DNA from: Paenibacillus sp. YIM B09110
GTDB lineage: Bacteria > Bacillota > Bacilli > Paenibacillales > Paenibacillaceae
Direction: 5' to 3'
NCBI RefSeq assembly: GCF_037167145.1
Contig: NZ_JBANSP010000002.1
Location: forward strand, 276,088 to 300,087
Length of the DNA: 24,000 nt
How positions within the stretch are numbered: the first letter of the stretch is position 1; every line of letters starts with the position of its first letter. The translations under genes were made by a program, and so were the position numbers. The notes beneath the pieces are model-generated. The model made no database searches and was not told the origin of the DNA. It saw only the letters and a list, made by a program, of their open reading frames with translations. Positions 16,067 to 24,000 of this stretch are shown piece after piece.

Positions 16067-16774
16067 ATGAGCTTCGAGCTAAATAACGACTGGGCACAGC
16101 GGCTGGAACAGGAGCTGGAGAAACCTTATTTTCAGCAGATGCTGTCTCTTCTCGAGCAAAAGTATAACGATGAAATTGTGTATCCGGCTAAAGAACATAT
16201 ATTTAACGCCCTTCACTATACACCTTACGAATCAGTAAAAGTCGTAATCCTCGGGCAAGACCCTTACCATGGGGAGGGCCAAGCGCATGGCTTAAGCTTC
16301 TCGGTTAGAAAAGGTGTGAAGACGCCGCCTTCACTTCAAAATATTTATAAGGAGCTTCAGGCTGACATCGGCTGTCCAATACCGGATCATGGCTGCTTAG
16401 AGCACTGGGCAGAACAGGGCGTTCTGCTGCTCAATACGGTGCTGACCGTGGAAGAGGGTAAGCCTAACTCACATCAGAGAATCGGATGGGAGTGCTTCAC
16501 AGACGCAGTCATTGAAGCGCTGAATGAACGCGAGGCACCGGTTGTATTCATCCTTTGGGGAAATCATGCTCAAGCGAAAGCGACGAATATACAAGCGGAC
16601 AAGCATCATATCATCGCTTCGCCTCATCCAAGCCCATTAGCGGCGCGCAAAGGCTTCTTCGGCAGCAAACCATTCTCCCAGGCTAATGCCTTCTTGGCAA
16701 GCATAGGGAGCGCGGAGATTGATTGGCAAATTCCAAACCACGCAGAGGCGACACAGGAAAGTTTTGTTTTCTAA
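16067..16774 (+). CDS. ung: Uracil-DNA glycosylase (family 1)
   Basis: GGAGGTG RBS and ATG at 16067. The motifs are [22 protein letters not shown] (water-activating loop), LLLNTVLTV and [10 protein letters not shown] (Leu-intercalation loop). Confidence 0.95.
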   Translation: MSFELNNDWAQRLEQELEKPYFQQMLSLLEQKYNDEIVYPAKEHIFNALHYTPYESVKVVILGQDPYHGEGQAHGLSFSVRKGVKTPPSLQNIYKELQADIGCPIPDHGCLEHWAEQGVLLLNTVLTVEEGKPNSHQRIGWECFTDAVIEALNEREAPVVFILWGNHAQAKATNIQADKHHIIASPHPSPLAARKGFFGSKPFSQANAFLASIGSAEIDWQIPNHAEATQESFVF

Positions 16775-16786
16775 ATATTTTATATA

Positions 16787-16841
16787 AAAAGGCTTCTCGC
16801 CGTGATCCGATACGAATATCGGATTGCGGGAGAAGCCTTTT
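16787..16841. terminator. Bidirectional compound hairpin terminator between ung and the SLH gene
   Basis: aaaaggcttctcgc (16787-16800) pairs with gcgggagaagcctttt (16826-16841). An inner hairpin atccgata/tatcggat is nested within it. Confidence 0.65.
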
Positions 16842-16874
16842 CGATACAATAGAGATTTAGGAGTGTATAGGTGG

Positions 16875-17855
16875 TTACTCGGAAATAGGGAAGCCCTCGC
16901 TGGAGCTAACACCTTCATTTCCCGAAGTACCGCCGCCTTCAGAGCTGTCGATAACAGGCTCATAAGCTGCATCGATATAAGTGGATACTTGAACATCCGT
17001 AATGACTTGAGGATACATTTTTTCTGGATCTGGCTGCGTTGCTTCAAGCCTTAAGATGGCTTGCTTCCCTTCGAATACGATGGATGCAATCCGAACGCCA
17101 TAGCCTGGATGCGGCACCTGAGCTGTTACGGTTACTTTGTTCACGTCTCCGGTAAGTGGCGTTACAGAAAGCTTCGCATCAATAATCGGATCTGGCGTTG
17201 GCTCTGGTGTAACGACAGGCTCCGTGTTCTTGACGAATTGAATGCTGTCAAACAACCAGCCTGCTGCTTCGCTGCGTGTAATCGGCTGCTTCGGATAGAA
17301 CTTGTTTGAACTGTCGAGCTGCGCTATTTTGCTTATGAGGAGCTTCTGAATGCTGTCCGAGTAAGACGGATTAACGTCAGCTTGATCCTCAAGCATGAGG
17401 AAAATCTCTATAAAGGCATAGTCGCCTTTGATGGAAATTGCTTTGAACAGGTGATGAGCGAATTGCTCTCTCGTCATGATGTCGCCTGCTTTTACCGTTT
17501 TCGGAACTTCAAGACCATAGAATGCAGCGATAATGAATGATTGGGAATACCAAACATCATCCTTCAAATTCGGAAATGAATCCGTCGCTTTAGGAGCTCT
17601 GATGAAACGGACATGGTCCAAGTTAAGATCCAAGCTTTTGACGATTAGGGAAATACCTGCGGCGTAAGTTAGATTCCCTTTGGGATCGAAGTTATCGCTT
17701 TGGCCAACGCCGCTCAACAACCCAAGTTTCTTCAGCTCCGCGATTTTCGCTTCATTCGGGTCGTTCTTAACATCCTTAAATGCCCACACAGTTTGTCCGA
17801 GTGCAAGGAGCAACACGGCGATTATTGTGAACGTCAGGAAAGATTTCTTCTTCAT
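16875..17855 (-). CDS. Secreted protein with three degenerate S-layer-homology (SLH) repeats and a beta-rich C-terminal domain
   Basis: GAGGTG RBS. The signal peptide is MKKKSFLTFTIIAVLLLALGQTVWA. The SLH-like units are FKDV...IAELKKLGLLSG...FDPKGNLTYA, then ...MTREQFAHHLFKAI and ...ITRSEAAGWLFDSI. Confidence 0.6.
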   Translation of the reverse strand: MKKKSFLTFTIIAVLLLALGQTVWAFKDVKNDPNEAKIAELKKLGLLSGVGQSDNFDPKGNLTYAAGISLIVKSLDLNLDHVRFIRAPKATDSFPNLKDDVWYSQSFIIAAFYGLEVPKTVKAGDIMTREQFAHHLFKAISIKGDYAFIEIFLMLEDQADVNPSYSDSIQKLLISKIAQLDSSNKFYPKQPITRSEAAGWLFDSIQFVKNTEPVVTPEPTPDPIIDAKLSVTPLTGDVNKVTVTAQVPHPGYGVRIASIVFEGKQAILRLEATQPDPEKMYPQVITDVQVSTYIDAAYEPVIDSSEGGGTSGNEGVSSSEGFPISE

Positions 17856-18000
17856 CGAATCACCTCGTTTATAATATGCTGCAGCACTTATTTGACGTGC
17901 AATATACGGTTATTGTTGCATCTATAGGCAGTTTTGATTTCTAAATTATGTGGAACTTCATATTCGCAACTAGATCATTAAAAAATTTTTTTAATGCGAT

Positions 18001-18030
18001 GTATATATAACCAAGATCCATCACAAAATA
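18001..18030 (+). promoter_or_regulatory. Possible forespore (sigma-G/F type) promoter of the SASP gene
   Basis: GTATA (18001-18005), 18 bp, CAAAATA (18024-18030), compared with the consensus GHATR-N17-18-CATxxTA. The match is imperfect. Confidence 0.3.
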
Positions 18031-18060
18031 ACCTCACATCCAAGAAAGGAGTGAGCATAC

Positions 18061-18285
18061 ATGGCTAACCAAAATTCGAGCAGTTCAAACAACTTGGTTG
18101 TACCACAAGCGAAACAAGCCATCAATCAGTTGAAAATGGAAGCAGCACAATCTCTAGGCGTGCAGTTCTCCCAAGACGGATACAATGGCAACTTATCGAC
18201 TCGCGATGCTGGATCTGTTGGTGGATACATCACTAAGAAGCTTGTCCAAATCGCTGAGCAACAATTGAGCGGCGGCAGCCGTTAA
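18061..18285 (+). CDS. Alpha/beta-type small acid-soluble spore protein
   Basis: AAAGGAGTG RBS. LVVPQAKQAINQLKMEAAQSLGV and STRDAGSVGGYITKKLVQIAEQQL are the two conserved SASP blocks. Confidence 0.9.
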   Translation: MANQNSSSSNNLVVPQAKQAINQLKMEAAQSLGVQFSQDGYNGNLSTRDAGSVGGYITKKLVQIAEQQLSGGSR

Positions 18286-18315
18286 TCAACACCTGATGTA
18301 ACCTTGCAGGCTTGG

Positions 18316-18370
18316 AAAAATAACCCCCAAATCATCAGCCAAATGAGCAGATGGTGAAGGGGTTATTTTA
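18316..18370 (+). terminator. Putative terminator after the SASP gene
   Basis: aaataaccccc pairs with ggggttattt across a long loop, followed by a T-rich tail. Confidence 0.4.
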
Positions 18371-18555
18371 TTAGGGTGAATTTGAGCGAAAACCCGTTTG
18401 AGTTTTCGTTTGTATGTCGGTATGACTGATCGATATTGTTCGCACCAAAAATATAATTATGATTTTGGGCAATAAGAAAAGGGGCGTCCTTCAGTCATCT
18501 AACGATAACTTTTGGGACAGCCCCCTTTGCTTTGTTATGAACCTCTTGTCTGGAA

Positions 18556-19458
18556 TTAATTGCTTAGCTTCACGATGGTCAAGGCTGCGCCAGCGCTTCC
18601 TGTCAGAAGCGTCGCAGCGCCAATGAAGCCGAACAATTGTAATTGTACGGTAGTGCCTGCCGCTACCGAGGGGGCTATAAATGTATTGGTGAAATTGGAC
18701 AGCGATATGAGGGGATCGACGATAGAAGGCGTAAAGGCAGCGCCGTTAAGCAATATTTGCGTGTTTAAGAGCACGGCGGCAGTCAAGTTGACCTGATATG
18801 AGAACATATAGGTACCGGTCGATGGAATGGTAATAATTTCGTTGGCGCCATTAATAACAAAGCCGCCGGTTAAGACATGGCTGCTTGGAAGCGGAACATT
18901 CGTGCCTCCAAGGACGACGGCTATTACAGTGCCCACAGTATTTGCAGCATACGCATGGACATCGGTAAAGACTGTGCCCGTAGCGCCGGTTGCGCCCGTA
19001 CCGCCAGTCGCGCCTGTCAAACCAACGCCGGTCGCTCCCGTAGCGCCGGTCGCTCCCGCGACGCCAACGCCTGTCGCACCGGTCGCACCGGTCGGTCCAG
19101 CAGGTCCAACCGGCCCACCTGACGGGCCAGTCGGGCCAGTTGCTCCAGTCGGTCCCAATAAGGTTGGAGCGGAGAGTACTGTCTCTAGCTTCGATTGAAG
19201 CAGCAGCTCCTTCTTGATCGCCGTTTCCATTGTCGCTTTGACGCTTTGGTCAATCGCAAGCACGTCTTGGATCGTTGCGCCTGGGCCTGTAATGCCGGGC
19301 AACGTTCCAAGAACGTACTGTATTTTCTCACCTTCAGCATTAAGGATATGGCTAAGTCCAAGTTCCTCCAACGCGATCGAGGAGAGCAGCAGGTTGATCG
19401 CATCGTCCCTTGTAATCGTTATTGTGGGACTAATATTAGGTATGCTAGGTAAGGACAT
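18556..19458 (-). CDS. Collagen-like triple-helix repeat protein with a conserved N-terminal domain and a BclA-C/C1q-like C-terminal head (spore-surface candidate)
   Basis: GGAGGC RBS (19465-19470) and ATG at 19458; the track's upstream extension lacks an RBS. The G-X-Y run is [29 protein letters not shown]...GATGATGT (nt 18973-19155). The beta-rich 130-aa C-terminus ends in ...LTIVKLSN. Confidence 0.8.
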   Translation of the reverse strand: MSLPSIPNISPTITITRDDAINLLLSSIALEELGLSHILNAEGEKIQYVLGTLPGITGPGATIQDVLAIDQSVKATMETAIKKELLLQSKLETVLSAPTLLGPTGATGPTGPSGGPVGPAGPTGATGATGVGVAGATGATGATGVGLTGATGGTGATGATGTVFTDVHAYAANTVGTVIAVVLGGTNVPLPSSHVLTGGFVINGANEIITIPSTGTYMFSYQVNLTAAVLLNTQILLNGAAFTPSIVDPLISLSNFTNTFIAPSVAAGTTVQLQLFGFIGAATLLTGSAGAALTIVKLSN

Positions 19459-19546
19459 AGTCAGCCTCCTATTCGTTTGAATTAAGCACCGGCATAGTCG
19501 TATAACACTAAGCACAATACTGATATTTTATCTGTATGGGTTTCGT

Positions 19547-20353
19547 TTATGGTTTATGAATATCGTTCTTATTCTTTTTTTTGGGTTGTTGGAACAGAGG
19601 AGTAGGCGCGGGATAAGGCTTTGGCCTATGATCGGTTTGAACTTCTTCCGTATACATATGGAGCCACAATTTGATTCTCTTCATCCAGTCGAGATGCAGC
19701 TTGGCCGAATGAAACGTTCTCAGCAGCGGGGTTTGCGACATGAGCGTCGTCTCCAGAAGGCCTATAAAATACAGCGATTCCGGATGAAGCGGGCGAAAGG
19801 GAGGATCGGCCTTGCCGGCTTTCGCGAGTTGCAGCCGATCGTTCATTGTCCGTTTCTTACCGATAGAAACAAACAACTCTTCGGTTATCCACATGAGCGA
19901 GTTGCATGTATTCATTATTCGGATCATATACGGAGAATGGCTCGGCGAATTGGAAAGAGAGGCAGACTGAAGCAGGCAATGCAGCATCAAGTGAAGAAGA
20001 AGCACGATGCCCTCCAGCATGACTTTATCGGTACGGTTCGTTATTTCGCAGATGCTGTCCGCGGTCTCAAACGACGAGCCGGTGTGCATGGATTCCGGAC
20101 GAAAGCTCATCATGCGCTGCAGTTGATTCAATCCGTCTGCATACTTCACGATCGATTCCATCCAATGAATGTCCATTTCGTTCAAAGGTCCGTTAAGGCT
20201 TCCTTTTTGCATGCGGAGAAGCCTTCGCAATTGGATGCACAGGCATTCTGCCAGCGTCGCGAAGGCTTCCTCGTAGGTCGAAATACTTTTTATCCGGTTA
20301 GGCTCATAGCGCTCAAGCGCTTGGATCGCTTGCTCGGCGGCGTTATTCATCAT
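19547..20353 (-). CDS. Hypothetical 268-aa protein, third gene of the minus-strand operon
   Basis: GGGGAAG RBS. The ATG overlaps the upstream gene's end by 11 nt. The composition looks protein-like, whereas the antisense ORF is Arg-rich. No motif recognised. Confidence 0.55.
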   Translation of the reverse strand: MMNNAAEQAIQALERYEPNRIKSISTYEEAFATLAECLCIQLRRLLRMQKGSLNGPLNEMDIHWMESIVKYADGLNQLQRMMSFRPESMHTGSSFETADSICEITNRTDKVMLEGIVLLLHLMLHCLLQSASLSNSPSHSPYMIRIMNTCNSLMWITEELFVSIGKKRTMNDRLQLAKAGKADPPFRPLHPESLYFIGLLETTLMSQTPLLRTFHSAKLHLDWMKRIKLWLHMYTEEVQTDHRPKPYPAPTPLFQQPKKKNKNDIHKP

Positions 20354-20657
20354 GGTAATCTTCCCCGCACCAATGCTTGTCTTCCATTTCCGTAATGTCT
20401 TCCAGCTTAAATTGCAGCAGCATTTGATTTTTAATAATATTTCGCATCATTCGTTCGACGCTGCGGTTCATCTTCAGCATATCTTTGACGTCGATTTGAT
20501 CGTTTTGCAAAAAGCGCTGCAGCTTCTCGCCCTCGGCGTTCATTATGTGGGACATGCTGATTTCTTCCATCGCAATGGAGGAAAGCAGCAGATTGATTAC
20601 TTCTTGCCGAGTCAGCGTAATAAGAGGGTTGATATCGGGAATTTTGGGCATGGACAT
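20343..20657 (-). CDS. Stand-alone paralogue of the collagen protein's N-terminal domain (104 aa)
   Basis: [59 protein letters not shown] aligns with [50 protein letters not shown] of the 18556-19458 product. It has no G-X-Y region. Confidence 0.65.
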   Translation of the reverse strand: MSMPKIPDINPLITLTRQEVINLLLSSIAMEEISMSHIMNAEGEKLQRFLQNDQIDVKDMLKMNRSVERMMRNIIKNQMLLQFKLEDITEMEDKHWCGEDYHDE

Positions 20658-20698
20658 AATAGTAAGCCTCCATTGGGGTTGGAATTTGTTTGTTGCGT

Positions 20699-21775
20699 TT
20701 ATTGATTGACGGTTTGGCCGTTAAAATAAGCTTCATTATAGATAACGCTTGGATGAGTGGGATTATGTAGCTTGGCCATTTCATGGTGAATTTTCGCTTT
20801 TTCGCGCTGCCCGATCCGGTCATAGCAGTAAGTGAGTTGTACATGCGGGAGCCAAGTGGATGCGGAGCTGTCCGTAATCGCCATGGAATCGGCCCGCTGC
20901 TCCATCAATGCCGCCTGTCGGTACCAATAGATAGCACCATCAAGGTGGCCTTTCTCGGCAAACATAGCTCCGATCTGACAACAAAATTCAGCGTGGGGCG
21001 CATCGTAGGCGAGTGTTCGTACCAGTGACAGCATCTGCTTGTCAGATTCGCCGAGAGCGGCGTAGCATCGCGCCAGCTTCATGCAAGCGGCGATTTGATC
21101 AGACGGCCAGCCTTTGCCTTCATTCAAATAAATCTCGTATTGTTCGGCCGCTTCCCGGTGCATGCCGTGATCCAGCAGCTCGTTGCCGAAGTAGTACTGA
21201 TCACGGGGATCGAATAGTTCACATTGATCCTTCCGGCGGAGATAAATTTGCAGATTCCGGTCTGTATAGGCGCGTTCCTTGCGGTGCGTGACTGCAATAT
21301 CGCTATGAAAGGTCGGGCCGGATATGGCCAAATATTCATGAACGGCTCCGTGCCAGCGAAAGCCTCGGCTTCTTCGTACGAGACGATTCCGCTTTAAGCT
21401 GTGGACGGGGCGGTTATGCTCGTCGAACGTTAAATGGTAAGACATCGTTACGCTATCGTACGGGAAGTCGGATTGGTCCTTTAACGCCAGAAGGCGGGCC
21501 GAATCGGCTGCCTCCAGCACATCGTCCGCATCCAGCCACAAGATGAACTCTTGAGTGGCTTGTCCGAATGCAAAGTTGCGAGCGGCGGAAAAATCGTCTA
21601 TCCACTCGAAATCGTATATTCGGGCTCCGAACCGCGCTGCAATTTCTTTTGTGCGATCGGTGGAACCGGTATCGGCTATGATGATTTCGTCGGCAATGTC
21701 CTGCACGGAGGACAAGCATCTGTCCAGGCAATCCTCTTCGTTTTTTACGATCATGCACAGACTTATAGTGATCAC
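20699..21775 (-). CDS. GT2-family glycosyltransferase with C-terminal TPR-like repeats
   Basis: GGAGG RBS and GTG start. ISLCMIVKNEEDCLDRCLSSV...IIIADTGSTDRTKEIA...DDFSAARNFA...LWLDADDVL is the GT-A/DxD signature. The C-terminal half is helical and repeat-rich (YYFGNELLDHGMHREAAEQYEIYL...). Confidence 0.85.
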   Translation of the reverse strand: MITISLCMIVKNEEDCLDRCLSSVQDIADEIIIADTGSTDRTKEIAARFGARIYDFEWIDDFSAARNFAFGQATQEFILWLDADDVLEAADSARLLALKDQSDFPYDSVTMSYHLTFDEHNRPVHSLKRNRLVRRSRGFRWHGAVHEYLAISGPTFHSDIAVTHRKERAYTDRNLQIYLRRKDQCELFDPRDQYYFGNELLDHGMHREAAEQYEIYLNEGKGWPSDQIAACMKLARCYAALGESDKQMLSLVRTLAYDAPHAEFCCQIGAMFAEKGHLDGAIYWYRQAALMEQRADSMAITDSSASTWLPHVQLTYCYDRIGQREKAKIHHEMAKLHNPTHPSVIYNEAYFNGQTVNQ

Positions 21776-21908
21776 TGAAATGACCTCCCCGAATACATCT
21801 ATTACTAAGCTATTAACCGATATGCGAGGATATGATTGCTTTCATCATATTTTTGCGCTATTAGGAATAGCTTTATAGAAGATTCGTTTCAATGAAAGGA
21901 AGAGTTGT

Positions 21909-24000
<2,092 letters not shown>

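Noticed and set aside
16637-17309. Several ORFs (136, 76 and 82 aa) overlapping the ung 3' end, the terminator and the SLH gene.
   Set aside because: They cross a strong bidirectional terminator or lie antisense to the well-supported SLH-protein ORF, and none has an RBS.
18827-19198. Plus-strand ORFs (a 123-aa 'PVAPV' ORF and an 81-aa ORF) across the collagen region of 18556-19458.
   Set aside because: These are antisense or shifted frames of the G-X-Y repeat. They are low-complexity and lack start context.
19556-20395. A 279-aa plus-strand ORF almost exactly antisense to the 268-aa minus-strand ORF.
   Set aside because: It is Arg-rich with shadow-frame composition and has no RBS. The minus-strand ORF has an RBS and a start that overlaps the upstream gene in an operon. 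Long antisense ORFs are common in G+C-rich coding DNA.
21013-21878. Multiple 70-110-aa ORFs on both strands within the 20699-21775 glycosyltransferase gene.
   Set aside because: These are Arg/Ser-rich shadow frames of a G+C-rich gene whose own product carries an unambiguous GT2 signature.

Overview
The window appears to come from an endospore-forming Firmicute with about 50% G+C. The evidence is an alpha/beta SASP gene, an SLH-type wall protein and BclA-like collagen proteins; a Paenibacillus-like origin is my inference only. There are four blocks. (1) 1-1200 is host DNA with a truncated 2H-phosphoesterase gene on the minus strand, a strong promoter and a tRNA-fMet / tRNA(CAT) / tRNA-Leu(TAA) operon. 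(2) 1136-14333 is a 13.1-kb AT-rich integrative island. Spot counts give about one third G+C inside and about one half outside. It sits in the 3' part of tRNA-Leu and is bounded by perfect 68-bp direct repeats. It carries a tyrosine integrase, an XRE repressor, a lipoprotein, an Xis-like HTH protein, four dyad repeats upstream of a Rep-like gene, a NUMOD4-HNH endonuclease and an RHH protein. Its distal end (7649-13910) holds two different Mrr-type PD-(D/E)xK nuclease-core proteins, a KAP P-loop NTPase with no membrane insertion, a 438-aa orphan and a 69-aa orphan. I consider this cluster the best candidate for an undescribed anti-phage defence system. (3) 14334-18300 is host DNA again: the original tRNA terminator, a ComEC-type MBL lipoprotein with an Excalibur domain, a DUF3006-like protein, ung, the SLH protein and the SASP gene. 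(4) 18556-24000 is a spore-surface locus with two collagen-like (G-X-T) proteins carrying BclA-C-like heads, two GT2+TPR glycosyltransferases, an orphan, and a stand-alone copy of the collagen protein's N-terminal domain. All calls rest on motif reading and manual translation; no database search was possible.
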